The position numbers and the translations under genes were made by a program. Positions 13,146 to 25,974 of a DNA stretch of 64,000 nucleotides are shown here, piece after piece. Position 1 is the stretch's first letter. Each line of letters opens with the position of its first letter. The notes under the pieces are model-generated. The model saw nothing but the letters and a program-made list of their open reading frames with translations, was not told the DNA's origin and made no database searches. Source of the DNA: the human T2T-CHM13v2.0 reference genome, Homo sapiens; assembly GCF_009914755.1 (NCBI RefSeq), contig NC_060937.1; one strand, given 5' to 3'.

Positions 13146-13306
13146 ATCATGCTTTAAAATGATGTAGTCCCCGTAGTTTAATTAAACCTGACTTCTTGCC
13201 AAGACTTTCTTAACATTTTCCAGGATATCACTCCTTTCGGACTTTAAGAAATGTTATGAGCGTAACATTCACTTCAAAAACAGTAATAATGCACTTTTCT
13301 AACATA

Positions 13307-13340
13307 TTAGGTTGGTGCAAAAGTAATTGTGGCTTTTTCA
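13307..13340 (+). mobile_element. Solo MADE1/Hsmar1 TIR
   Basis: TA|TTAGGTTGGTGCAAAAGTAATTGTGGCTTTT with no partner end. Confidence 0.9.
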
Positions 13341-14327
13341 ATATATTCAAAACACAATATATTAATACAGCAACACTACTAATTCACATACACGTTACTG
13401 ACATTCAGAGTTCATGGGGAAAGTGGAAAGTTATTCTTGCCTGCAATGAATCACCCATATATTGAGTCCTTTCTGATCTTCTGTCACAATTCAATTACAC
13501 ACATTCCCATCCTGGAAAACCTTACTCCAGGGTCTTCGTAACCCTTTAAACACCTAGTCAGATGAACTCCCAAATCCATTATGAATAACATTAGATTTAT
13601 AGAAATTTGATATGTATCTTTCCTCAGATTCAGCAAGAGAATTTCTGAGAAAATCAATGACTGGAATTCCTCTGTTCCTCTTTCGATGGAAAATGTAAAT
13701 ATGAGGGCAATCCTAAGTGAAATTGTTAAACAGGCAAAGTGTCTCCAAGACTTCTTTCTTTCCAGGCATTCAATGTTGTCACATTGTCAAGTCTTGCCCT
13801 GTCATAAACAGAAGGAGCTGAAAAACTTATCCACAACCAAGGTGTTACAAATTGGCATTTATGTGATCTCAAACCTAAAATATGTAGCCAAGATCATCCA
13901 GCCCAACCTTCTACTTAATTAGCAGACTTCTCTTCACTACCTTGAGAAGCAATCATTTCTGTCACCCCCAGTCATCAACTTCCTCCTCATTCCATTGCTG
14001 GACAAGCTCCCTAGAAAGCTTTGGCTCTTTGGGGGTCAAGGTTGCCTCCTTCATCTTTCACCTATGACCCTTTGGCTCCACAGACACTGTCCATCCTTAT
14101 GCGTGAAAGCTCTCCAAGTAGCTCAACAAAATGATTTCATTCTAATGTGACTTTTTCACTGACTTAATTAACTTCTTCAATTTCAACTTTTCCTCTTATG
14201 TCATGGTTTTTAAATGGCCACCATCTTGTTCACTCATGTTTCCATGCACTCCCATTTGTAAATGTCCTTCTCCAAGTATGTCTCCCAGAAAAAGCTTTAT
14301 TCTGATAGCAATTTCTGGGGGAGATGT

Positions 14328-14580
14328 CATAGTATATTAGAAAAAGCACAGACTTTGAAACTATCTAGATTCCTGAGTCTGAATCCCAGCCCTTGAACTG
14401 CAAGCTAAGTGACCTTGAGTGAGTTATATAACTTCCCTGTTTTCTCACTTTAAAGGAGGAATTGTACCACCTGATAAAATGATAGTGAAGACTAGAGAAA
14501 ATCAGTGTAGCATAAAACAAAGTATAGCCCTTAGCACAAAGTGGTAAACCCTCAATTAATGATATCTATCATTATTATAT
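14328..14580 (+). mobile_element. MIR
   Basis: AGCACAGACTTTG...GTCTGAATCCCAGC...GTGACCTTGAGTGAGTTA. Confidence 0.75.
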
Positions 14581-16431
14581 ATCTCTATCGCAGGCTAGAA
14601 AACGATGACATCAAAAGATGACTAAGTTGCCTTGTGAGTCTATCTGGGTGAGTGTGTCCTTATTCTAGGAGCAAGAAACCTAGGTTTGATAGTCCCCAAG
14701 AGTGACTTCTCTGTTTTCAGTATTCTTTCCCCTGGCTCTAATCCAGGGGTACAGATTAATCCACTGCTCCTTGGTAAAGTGACACTTTCTGTATTTCGAA
14801 TATTTCAGCTTTGGGAATAGAACAGTAAAGATTTTCAAAATCCCAAAGTAGTGCCTGAGTTTTCCGATTTTATTTGAAATGAATGGTCTCCCAAGTCATA
14901 AATTCTCCATATCATCAACTAGTTCTACTCGTGAGTGCTATGGGAGAGATTTGTGTTATTGCTGACACTAAATCTACACCAAACACCTGTTACTCTTGCT
15001 ATAGAAATTACCATGAATATGGCACAATTTAGAAGTTCCACTTCTAAGTGTTCCATGGCAGGGCTAATGTCCAGAGAATGAATGGTGAGGGAGACAATGG
15101 CTCAACCCCACTAGATCTGCTCACTGGAAACTGAGAGGACCCCAGGCTACCCTGTAGGTCTCTACAGGGGGCCTCTGGGAGAGTGTGATCTAAAATGACA
15201 TTAAAATTAAGGCAAATACTTTGGAATGCAGATGGAACTCATTTCAAATTTTGTGGGCAAAATTCTGACCTAAAGCTTCCTCTTACCTTGCCTGATTTGC
15301 CCCTCTTGAAATCTGCTGGTTTAGAGCTCAGAGAGAAGACAGAGGTAGAGGAGGAATCCTAAGATTGCAAAATTGAGAAAAGTCGTTCCAGCAGCCAAAA
15401 GAGAGAATGGTAGGTTGGAAGGGATTGAAGTAGCTGAGTTCATCAGTGCAGGCAAACAGAATCAGCAGACCTGACTCCACTTCCATTCCCAGAGAAGCCA
15501 GGGGGAACTCCCACCACCAGGCTTCAAGGCTCCTTATGGGTTCATAAGTGAGTGGTTCATCTACATCATTTTATCACTTCTCTTTCTGTGTTGTTACCAA
15601 CTGTAAAAATATTTAGCACACATTAAAATGTTTTGTGAACTTACTTGGAAAAATAAATGACACTAAACGTTGCAGAATGCAGTGGACTTCAGAAAGGAAC
15701 TCGTCAGAAGAGTGGCAGGTAACAGTATTGTGGCCAAGAAACCAGTTCCCAAGATGTGACACTAATTAGCAGTTTATGTTTAGTTGGCGCATTTGTTTCA
15801 AAAGCTCTTTTACATTCCTTATTTCACTTCAGGCTCACAAAGTACAGTAGGGGCACAGCCTACAAGGCATTATCATGAATGAAATAATGGGCCTGTCACA
15901 GCTGGGTACAAAGCAGGCAGGGGTTCAAAATCTGCTAAACAGGGTACCAGGGAAGAATTTTTCAAGGAAGCCAACCAGAAGCAGAGGTGAATGTTCCAAG
16001 AAGCCCTGGGTCATGACCAAGAACATCATGGTTATGACCTAGGCCCTAGACTAGGACCCTTGCACTGAATGCTCAGACCCTCCCTTCTACTGGCCGTTCT
16101 GCCCCAAGACTTGTGCATACAATGAAAATCACAACAGAGTCTAACTCATAGATTTGTGGGGAGGATTAAATGAATTAACAAGTGTACATCTACTCTTCAA
16201 TCCTCTTGTAAGTAATCACCTTTTGTGGCTATGTAAACTCTCCTTCTTGCTTCTAGATTATTCCCATCCCCTTCTGTGAGTGGCCAACTATTAGCACGTA
16301 ATGCTCTATGAATGCCAGCAAAACCATCAAGTCCATACTCTACTGGCCATTCCCCCAGTGCCCATGACTAAGGCCACTTGCCCCTCTGCCCTGCAAGAAG
16401 TTCTCCGCCCGAGCTCTAGAACCAAGCCCCA

Positions 16432-16650
16432 AGAGCGTGTAAAGACCTGGGTTCTGGAGTCAGGTAGACCGGGCTTTGATTTTCAGATTCTGCTTCTAAC
16501 TGGCTGTACAAACTTGAACAAGATACTAGTCCTCCATTTTCCTATCTGAAGTGTGGGGATAATAATGCTAGTGTTGCAGAAATTTTGCAAGTAACATCAA
16601 TAATATACAAGCATCTAACAAGATGCCTGACAAGCTAAAAATTGCTGCTA
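16432..16650 (+). mobile_element. MIR
   Basis: TCTGGAGTCAGGTAGACCGGG...CCTCCATTTTCCTATCTGAAG...GGGATAATAAT. Confidence 0.7.
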
Positions 16651-17551
16651 TTGTCATTGGTGTTGCTATTTTCCTTATGATTACTATGCCTAAGTCCACT
16701 GTCACTGCTGGTATTGCTTTAATCTTGCATCCACGTTCTAGTAACTGGGCTTCTCTGTGCCATACTTGCTGCCATTTTCTGCCTCTCCTCTTGCTTCTTC
16801 CAGAATGAGAGCACATATTTTGTGTAACATGTATCATGACTTCAGAGAAGAGCGACTTCTTAAAATAGCATTTGATAAAGCAGGGATTTGGGCAGCAAGT
16901 TGCTAACTTGCTTTTGTACATTTTGGGCTCCAGAATTATAACTTTAAAAGTTAAGTAGGATACCCCTAGTTCAGGTACTAAATATAACAATTGCAAAGGA
17001 TGTTACACAAGCTTTAAAGAAGACAAAAAAAGTTATGATTAAAAATGGCTAAGTCTAAAATTCAGGGAGATATAGATACGGATATAGATATAGAGTTATT
17101 TCTTTTTGTGAATAATGATGCATAAAAGGCACCTATCAGATTTTCATGTCAACGTTGGACTGCTCTTCTAAGCAGCTGGTGATAAACCTGAATTGTGTGT
17201 AAGCGCTGAGTTTCTGCACGGTTCATTTTGGTGCTCCTTGAGTGACTCACACTGCCTTGGTCACTGCCATTTGTGCTGGTATGCGTCTTCTTCCTGCAGG
17301 GTGGTGTCCTCAGCCATTGCTTGGGTACTTGCAGAAAATACAATCCGTACAAGCTGAGTCTTTGCATTTCATTTCTGTGAAAGTTTTTGCTCCCTTGAAA
17401 TAAAATGTACCAGCTGCTGGCTGTGGCAATGCAACGCTACTCTGTTTGTCTGAGCTTGGTTCTCTGTGGCATCTATGTCTAGTGATCAATAAGGTCTTCC
17501 CTGGCCCCACTTTTAGAGAAACATGTTTGTTAGAACATCTCTCTCCACTAC

Positions 17552-18194
17552 TGATGAGACGGGATTGTTCCCTTGACCTTGACCCCCTTCATGGGGCAGG
17601 AACTGGAGTGCCTCGTTTCACTCAGCTGGCCACTCCTGGTGAGAGGAAGCATGCAAGCAAGTGAGTGCGGGAACCAGAGGGAACGAATGTTGGAACCAGC
17701 CCGTGGCTCCTCTCTGGAGGAGCAGGCTCTGTGCAGGCCCCGCAGCAGCATCCGAGCCCCTGCTCTATGGTCACCTGGGTTCTTGTCCAGCGTCCAGGAA
17801 GAATCAGGTCACATGAAAGAATTAAAGATTAGTGTATGCAGAGGCTTTTATTGGATGACAAAAGTGGCTCTCTGTGGGATGGGGAATTGGAAAGGGGATG
17901 GTGCGGGAAGGTGTTCTTCCCCTGAAGACTCACCGTCTGAAGTTAGCTGCGTCTATCTGTAGTCTCCAGAGCTCAGTCGCTGCTTCTCTGCTCGCCGCTC
18001 AGCCACTTGTATCCCCAACACTCAGCCATTTGTGCTGCTGTGCGAGCTGAAGTCTCTGTATGGGCACAGGATAGGGGCATGGCAGACCAAAAAGGCAACA
18101 TTTGGGTGGAAAAACAGGGCGGACTGTTTTCACTTAGGGCTGCAGTTCCAGGCTTAAGGGTGGGTTTAGCCCGGAGCCCAGCCATTCTGTATCA
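17552..18194 (-). mobile_element. ERV1 solo LTR, LTR27/LTR28/MER52 family
   Basis: Reverse complement starts TGATACAGAATGGCTGGGCTCC...CCACCCTTAAGCCTGGAAC...CCAAATGTTGCCTTTTTGG. AATAAA on the - strand near 17847. Confidence 0.8.
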
Positions 18195-18261
18195 CCATGA
18201 CCACCCCCAAGCAGGCCACCACCTAAGAGGCACTACCGAATTCGTGCTTGGTGTGGGGGTG

Positions 18262-18696
18262 TGGGGGTGTGGGTTGAATTGTGGCCCCAAAAGACATGTG
18301 AAGTCCTGGCCTCCAGTACCTATCAATGTGACCTTATTCAGAAACAGGATCTTTGCAGATACCATCAGAACATCAGCTAAGATGAGAAAGTACTAGAGTA
18401 GGGAGGCTCTTATTCCAGTGACTGCTGTCGTCATCAGAAGACGCAGAAACCCACAGAGAGCGGAACAGCCTGCGAAGACACAGACGTGGGGAAGGCGCCC
18501 TGCGGCCATGGAGGCGCAGATTGCGGTGACAGGACTGCAGGTCAGGAGCGCCAGTGTCCTCCACCGAAGCTCGGAGAGAGAGCACGGCCCGCCCCCGTCA
18601 GACTTCTGGCCTCCAGAACCGTGACAGAATTGATTGTGTTGATGTAAGCCACCCGTTTTGTGGCAGTTAGCTACAGCAGGCACAGGAAAATGATAC
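18262..18696 (+). mobile_element. MLT1C-like MaLR LTR, unusually CpG-rich
   Basis: GGGTTGAATTGTGGCCCCAAAAGA...GTGACCTTATT...GACTTCTGGCCTCCAGAAC...GGAAAATGATAC. Confidence 0.85.
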
Positions 18697-19100
18697 GGGT
18701 GTGTTAAATTTGTTACGTCTACTCCCCCCTGAGAAGCCAGTTTTCTGCTCTGAACCGGAGATCCAGAAGGACCCTCCAGGGATGACCTCCCAACTCTTTG
18801 CCTAGAGATCGGCAAGCACGTTGCCGGAGGCTCTGTCCAGAACATCCGCTCTGCGGCTCACTTTTCATGGTCCCACCTGAGGCCACGTCTGCCGAAGCTG
18901 CCTCCGATGTCGCTCACCTGCCATCGGGAGAGTATGCAGCCTTCCCGCCTGTGCCTCCTTCATCCCCGGCTGCTCGCATCCCCCAGGCACCGCCTCAACC
19001 CCGTGAGCACCTCCCTAAGTGAGAGGCCCTCCTAACCGGCCTTTCGCTGAGCCCACAAGGCTCTGAGTGTCCCTCTGGCCTCCACAGCGCCGCTTCTCCC
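18421..19100. promoter_or_regulatory. CpG-island-like segment
   Basis: About 39 CpG in 680 bp by hand count, at roughly 60% GC (obs/exp about 0.6), in a CpG-depleted window. Confidence 0.55.
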
Positions 19101-19539
19101 TGACAGCCATGTCCTCAGGTATAATGAAAATTATAGACTTAGATTAAAGAGTTAGATTACAAACAAATCCAGAGCCCGAGGCTGGGCATAGAGAACCAGC
19201 CCTTCCTTCAGTCTGGTGATCCTGGCCCCTTCCCACCCCACCCCAGGCCTCTTCTGCAGCATTTCCATGAGCTGCAGAGAAGGCTTCACAAGCCTCTTAA
19301 CCTGAAGTAAGACTTAATTGGTTAGTTTAGAAGTAATGTATGCCTTTCATGCATGCATTTTGAACAGATTAGAAAACTCCAGTATCTATCAATTTATTTT
19401 TTCCAAAAGGAGTTATTAAATATAATGTGGAAATGTCTACAGAGTAGGATCAATATTGATATATCGAGACAATCGCTCTCTGTGTCTCTTCCCAGTTGCC
19501 CTAAGTTGCTACTTAAATTCGCTTTTCCTTTTATCAGTA

Positions 19540-19900
19540 AAAATAGTTGGGAACATATTCCCCATAGCACCCATTTCTCGTATGTTTTTAGACATTCTGT
19601 GAAAACATCCCAGTTTAATTTCCAGGGGTAGGATTGTTGAGTCAAAGGTTTATGCATGCTTAATTGCATTAAATACAGACGAATTATTTCTCAAAAACTT
19701 AACTTACAATCCCACTAATGGTGGTTAAGAACGACATTTCCCCCTCACGTTTGCCACCACAGGGTATTATGTATATATTTCAACTCTGCCAACTGGTGAA
19801 ATTGGCATTTGGGGGGTTTTGTTTTTTGTTTTTGTTTTTAATTTTTTCTCTGTTTTGGTTTGTGTGTCTGCATTTCTCTGACTACTGACATGAACATCTT
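19540..19900 (-). mobile_element. Old L1M (L1ME-like) fragment
   Basis: GGATTGTTGAGTCAAAGG...ACAATCCCACTAA...TTCCCCTCAC...TGCATTTCTCTGA, a typical reverse L1 ORF2 3' part. Confidence 0.6.
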
Positions 19901-20150
19901 CAGAAATGTATTCGTCATTTTCAATTTTTCTGCTGTAACTACCCCATCACTGGCGTGAACGTCTTCAGAAATGTATTCATCATTTGCAATTTCTCTGCTG
20001 TAACTACCCCACCACTGATCACTGACTTGAAGGTCTTCAGAAATGTATTTGTCATTTGCAATTTCTCTGCTGTAACTACCCCTATCACTGATGTGAACGT
20101 CTTCAGAAATGTATTTGTCATTTGCAATTTCTCTGCTGTAACTACCCTTA
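19870..20150. repeat. Minisatellite, about 4 copies of a 65-72 bp unit
   Basis: TCTTCAGAAATGTATT recurs at 19897, 19962, 20034 and 20100. TCTGCTGTAACTACCC recurs 4 times. Confidence 0.95.
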
Positions 20151-20514
20151 TCATGCCTTTTTGCCTATACATATATCAAATCTCTTATATTTTTCTTATT
20201 CGTTTGCTTACTTTATCCTTCAAAAATCAAAGTACCGACTTGTGAATTACGTGGATAAGTTTGCTCATTCCAGTCTTCTTGGTAATGACCCCAAACCAGA
20301 ACCAACCTGAAGCTCAGCAGCAGGATTCAATTGTTCAAATTATGGTGCCTACTTCTGGAATAATGCTCTTCAGGCCTTCAGAGATTGAGATCGATTTATC
20401 AATATTTGGAAGGAAATTCTTGATACATTTGTTCAGAAAAAAATAGTAGATTTTTCAATGTGACATGCAGAATAATCCATTTTATAAAACAAACAAAAAA
20501 CAAAAGCACAAATT

Positions 20515-20990
20515 TGGAGACTCTTGGCCCCTCCCTTGTTCTTGGCTGCCACATCCCATCCATCACCAAGCCATGCCACTACTCTCTCCTAAATTTCTCT
20601 ATCCTACCCACCAGTGTCCCTTGCCTTTATCCCTCATGCAAGACTCTCTCAGCTCTGCAGTGACTTGTTTCTCTGTCCAGACATGCTGCTTCCTCTGTGC
20701 CAAGCAGGCAGCTCCTGTTCCTGGACCAAAGTCTGCTTCTTCTCAGGCATCACCTTAGCTGAGGCTTCCCTCCTGGATCCTCAAGCCTGGCCATTTGCTC
20801 CCCAGGTACCCAGCAGTCTGGATAGCATTGTTTTCCCTTGTCTTCTCTGTACCTGAATTTGCCCTCTAAGCTGCTGTTTCCTCCACTAGAGTAAGGATGA
20901 GAAAAAACAGGGGCTGGGTTTCATTTGCTATTGGATTCTCAGAGATAGCTCTCTACACAAGACATGTAGGGACCCCAGGAAAGTTTGTCA
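20515..20990 (+). mobile_element. L2 fragments
   Basis: Pyrimidine-rich, with the L2-like motif CCACATCCCATCCATCACCAAGCC. Confidence 0.5.
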
Positions 20991-21599
20991 AATTCCTTGT
21001 GTGTTGTTCTTTATACATGGAGGTAATGCTTATGCCATATTCTTGACAACACACATGCTTTGGAATGATGCATTTATGAGATTATTATTTTGTTCAAGTT
21101 CAAATTCTATAGCTGTGGAAGAGAACAAGTACATCTGTACCTTACAGTGACTGGCGCTAATATCTGGATCCTATTAACATATGGAAAACAATAGTAGCAT
21201 CTAATATTTGTATGCTGGTTTACAGTGTACATATTCACCAACCTAATTAATCTTACTAGTATCATGCTGCTCTAATGGTGTATTATTCTTCATTCCAGGC
21301 CAATGTTTTTTCCTAAGAAGTCTTCTGGTCTCCTGTGAGAAACTTGATGAGTGACACGGCTAAGCCCGACAGGCCAAAGCAAATGGTGTTAATAATTCAA
21401 CACATATTTTTCGACTTTGTTTTGCTCAAAGATGTCAACTCCAGATAGGGGGAAGAGCTGCTTCTCTGTCTTCCAAAAGCCTCAAATATTTCAGGCTCGC
21501 CACCGCCCATGAGCCGTGGTTCCTTCCACCTTCCACTTCAAGAGTAAGTATTCCATGCTGCCAGAGCAGTGAGTCATAAAGGTGGCCGTGTTGCATCCT

Positions 21600-22240
21600 C
21601 ATCTTCCTCTTGGTTCCTTTCATTTTTCTCCCAACTCACCTCCCTGCCTCTGGCCTGAGCCCCTCTCATTCACTCTCCTCTTCCGCTCCAGTGATCTTTC
21701 AAAAATGTAAGATTACTATATCACAATATGCTTTCGTGTCCTGCAGAGGCTCTGAAACTTCCATCTGTTTAACCCCCTGTTCAGTGCTGTGACAACCCGG
21801 CCTCTCTTCCTCCTCTGGGTCCATCTCCCACTGTCCACCTTGCGTGGCCCCTGACCCCTGCACTCCACACTTCAGCCACATCAAGCCCTTCGTCATGAGT
21901 GAACACATCAGGCTGTTTTCTGCTTTTATGCATTTTCAAACACTTTTCTCTATTCGACATGTTCTTTCATGCTTAGTCAACATAGGAAATTTCCTATTGA
22001 GACTTCAAAAACCTCCCACTCTGTGAAGGCATCTCTACTTTCCAAGAAAAACTGGCCATTTCCATTTGAATCACCACGATGTTTTGTCTTCACTTGTTAT
22101 CCTGTGGCGTGCCCATGGGCCTACACACCTGTCACTCCTTGCAGCTATGAGATACCAGAGTACAATTATGGATTTTATGTTTCATTGCATCCTCTTGCCT
22201 GGCACGTGATAGGTGTGTTTATTCAGTGAATGAATGAACA
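21600..22240 (+). mobile_element. L2 3' end
   Basis: CCAGTGATCTTTCAAAAATGTAA...CCTGGCACGTGATAGG...TGAATGAATGAA. Confidence 0.7.
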
Positions 22241-23951
22241 AACTAATCGACCACAGAATGAAGTAGAGCCTCGAACCTGCATTAGGATTCTTTGACCACA
22301 TGAGCAAAGGCACGAACAATAATTCTAGAATTTGGCTCAAAGTTTTCACTTGGTTTTCATTAAGGCCAGAGGCACCCTGTGGAACAATCCAAGGAAAAAT
22401 TGCAATGGTCATTAATCTCCCTAAGAAATTCTAACTTTTCCTGCCAAATGTTTTACTAAGTCTTATGACTATTCACCAGTCTAGCCCATTAAAAATCATA
22501 AGGACTCTTAGAAACTGCATGCTGCTCCAACTTGTCCTAAAGCACTGAAGTTACCAACTGAGAGCCAGTCAAAAGTCTACCATTCAACAAAGTAATACAT
22601 GATTATAAGAAAAATTATAAAGTAAGGCCAAGAATTGATCTGAACACAAATATATATTTGTCTCAGAACTCAAGGAGCTTCTTAAAAGGAGGAGAAATAC
22701 CACTAACAGGGTTCCATCAGCTCACTTTGCTGACGCATTTGCTTTTGCCAGTGTTGGCAGCATGTGCAGTTAATGCATATCTAGGAATTAGCATGGCAGG
22801 GGGAGAGTGGGGAAAACATAATTTCCTAGCTGTATGCTTCAATTGATGCAGTCTTACAGAAATTACATTTGATGGGAAGGAAAAGTATTTAATCACTCCC
22901 TCTATGATGGACAGTTCGTTATTCCGACGTGACACATCCACAGGAAAAAGAAAGGCACATGCCTTGAGACTCACTACCTGTCTGCAATCTATGAGCCTGA
23001 CATTCTATAGCAATCCATTTGGTTTAATAAACCACAGAAACTGTTTCAAACTTCTAAGGGGGTGCCAAGTAAAATGAGATGATTTGACTGGAATAACATG
23101 TTCTAACTGCACTGCAATGTAGAGCGGTGTTATTCTACTTTCCATTGTGCACAATGCATTCCACAAAGTATGGTCCAGTTGTATTTAATGCTGTGGCCAC
23201 AGCCTTTACAGAATTTTGCTCTTCTAAGGTCCAGTTTTTTCAAAGGGACAGTAAGCAATCAGACACTAGTTTTATCTGATTAGTTTCTTTGGGAAGGCTA
23301 GGGCTAGGATATCAATGTTTATCAAATATTTCTATACTTCGAAATAGGTTTTCATTCTAGTGGGAAACAATTCTATAAAACTGGATGTGCGCCTTGCATT
23401 GTTCTTTTCTACTTTGTGTGTTGCTTGTTTTTCAGGATGCACTCTAAAAGATAGCATATTTAATTAAAACCTAGAAATGAAAACAATCATACTTTTAAAA
23501 ATTAATCCCTCAGCATGATCTAGAAGCATGTCAATACCTTGGCCGTGGCAGTGACCCATCCAAGGTGCTCCATTCCATGGCTTGAGCTCTGCAATAACCC
23601 TCAGTACATGAAAAAGATGTTGTGGAAAAAAAAGGTCTTTTGTCTCAAGACAAGTGTCATGAAATGTATTCACTGAGGGGGATAAAAGTATTCCCTTTCT
23701 TAATTTACTTTTGGATAAGTAGACACAATTAATGAGGATTATTTAATAGAAGATACCTACTGGTCTTTTTTAAACATATAAATTATATTATTAAAAGTGA
23801 AAAGTTGAAGTACTTCTCTTTTTGTCTTAATTATTCTAATGTGCATTTAATATAAAAACAAGGTTTTTTGAAATTATAATTAGCTGCTGACAAATATAAA
23901 TAAAACTTGCCAAAGTGAAGGATTCCAGAGTTACACAGATTTAAAGTTAGA

Positions 23952-24246
23952 GCCTATAATCCCAGCACTTGGAGGCTGAGGAGAGAGGATCTCTTGAGCC
24001 CAGGAGTTCAAGACCAGCCTGGGCAACATAACGAAACCAGTCCGTACAAAACAGAAAAGTTAGTCAGGCATGCTGGTGCAGGCTTGTAGTCCCAACTACT
24101 CCAGAGGCTGAGGTGGGAAGATCATTTGAGCCCATGGAGGTCGAGGCTGAGGTGAGCCATGATCGCACCATTGCACTCCAGCCTGAGTGACAGAGCAAAA
24201 CTCTGCCTCAAAATAATAATAATAATACAATACAATATAATACAAT
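23952..24246 (+). mobile_element. AluJ, 5'-truncated, with an (AAT)n/(AATAC)n tail
   Basis: Starts at GCCTATAATCCCAGCAC. J-type TTGAGCCCAGGAG. TAAAGTT on both flanks. Confidence 0.93.
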
Positions 24247-25807
24247 AAAGTTTAAAAAGTATAATTCCTTTACTATCAAGAATATATAAAATAATCTATA
24301 GCTTACAACGTACCATCTCGGGGATGTTTACTCCTGGTTTTTCCATGTGCTTTTCATCAATAATATATGAGTCAAATCAATCTTTAATATTCAGAAGAGA
24401 ATTATCTTTTATCTAAATGCTTGTCGTAAAACTAAAATGTAAAATAAATGAACTCAAATCTGTTTTTTTCTTTCTGGGAGATTTATAATATGAAAAGTCA
24501 GTTGCAAACTAAGATTTTATTATGCCCAATCAAAGCAAAGCCTCACACCAAATGAAGAAAGGATTTTTAATCTATAAGCCAAAAAATAGAGAAAAAACCT
24601 CAATATTTCCCATCCAGGCAACACTTAGCTTATAATGAGGGATTTTAAACCTGTTAAAAATGAATTTGTATTTGCTCTAATTCCTTCATAAGAAACATAC
24701 ACCAAAGAAAAAGCTCTATTGACTGGTGAGTTGCTAATGTTATTCCCTGGATCAGATAAGTTCATGTAGAAATAAAACAAAGGAACAAAATCGATATGCT
24801 ATCGTTGTGGAATTTTAGGTATGAGATAGTAACTGAAATTAGAAATCAATCAGGGTGAGCTTTTCAAGGGAAATTTAGCACGAGATCTTTAAATGGCCCA
24901 AGTAATAAGACACTCAGTCAATTTGCTTTTCTTTGTTGCCTTTCTTTCTTTCAGTCTACTTATTTTTTAACTAAGATAAGGGAAACAGCAACAACTGCTT
25001 AAGAGTAAGAGAAAAGAAAACTTTAACAGTACTGAGAAAGTGAAAAAAAAGCAATTGTAAGTTTTGGTAACAATTGAGTTTAACACATAGATTTCTCACG
25101 ACTGTAACTTGTAAATCAAAATTTAATCCTTCACCCAATATGAACATAAAACAAGAGATATACCTAAATGTAGGCGGAATGTAAGAAGAGATTGCTTGTG
25201 GCCAAAGGGGAATTTGGCAACTTCTTTAAGCAGTAGGAATCTGAGACAGCCTACATGAAAAAAAAAAAAAAAAAAAAAAAAAAGAGATTGTTCTTGTCCA
25301 ATCAAAAATAGGAAGTGTACCTGGTTCTTAACATGATGCCTATACTGTAAGGAAAGCTGCCTAAGGATGTGATAATAACTGAGAAGATGGACTAGATCGT
25401 ATTAATCAACCAATTAGGAAATAAAGCATGAAGTTCACTGATTTGTTCACATTGTGAAAGATGAACCGCAGAAGGAAGGATGGCCCTCCGATTGGCCAAA
25501 AGGCCTAGGGCCATAGGTGCACAAAGACATTAGTCATGGACCAGATAGGACAATAGGATTAAATCCATCCCATAACTATTTGTAAAGCAAAAACCCAAAA
25601 CAATTTCTGCTGCAACCATACAGCAGAAATGCAGTCCGCAGGTTTGTACTCTGAGTGGGCAGCTTCCATCTATAGCAACAGGGGAGGAGTGAAAATAAGA
25701 AGATGGCCTCACACATGAGCATGCGGCAGCTGACAGAGATGTCCCCTTCATATGATTTATATTTTCCTTCTGTAACTTGCTTGTTTCTTTCTGTGAACAC
25801 ATTGCAG

Positions 25808-25974
25808 GACCCTTCACTTGAGACGGAAGACTTTTCCAGGATTTCAAGACAGGGAGGCTCAGAATTTGCCGTGATGTGTGTATCTAACTCCAGCCATGCA
25901 TAAGAAATGGCAAAGCCAGAGCCTCTACATGAAATACTAAGTGTAAGAATTTAGTAGAATATTTATAGAACTAG
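25808..25974 (+). ncRNA. Candidate internal exon of a + strand non-coding transcript
   Basis: Pyrimidine tract then TTGCAG|GAC at 25807/8. Donors AGT|GTAAGA (25943) or TAG|GTAAGC (25975). Unique sequence. Confidence 0.35.

Noticed and set aside
12274-13340. Composite Hsmar1 transposon carrying the GATA-rich segment
   Set aside because: The solo TIR at 13307 has the same orientation as the left TIR at 12274, so it cannot serve as a right end.
16568-16996. Hydrophobic 61-aa (+) and 142-aa (-) ORFs
   Set aside because: They run through a MIR tail and degenerate (TGC/TAT)-rich low-complexity sequence; no splice or homology support.
17573-19022. Overlapping 129-150 aa ORFs
   Set aside because: They lie in GC-rich LTRs where stops are rare; no gag/pol/env or other motifs.
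19870-20150. CRISPR-like appearance of this repeat and the 43-bp repeat at 42760
   Set aside because: Units are head-to-tail with no unique spacers, there are no cas genes, and the DNA is primate.
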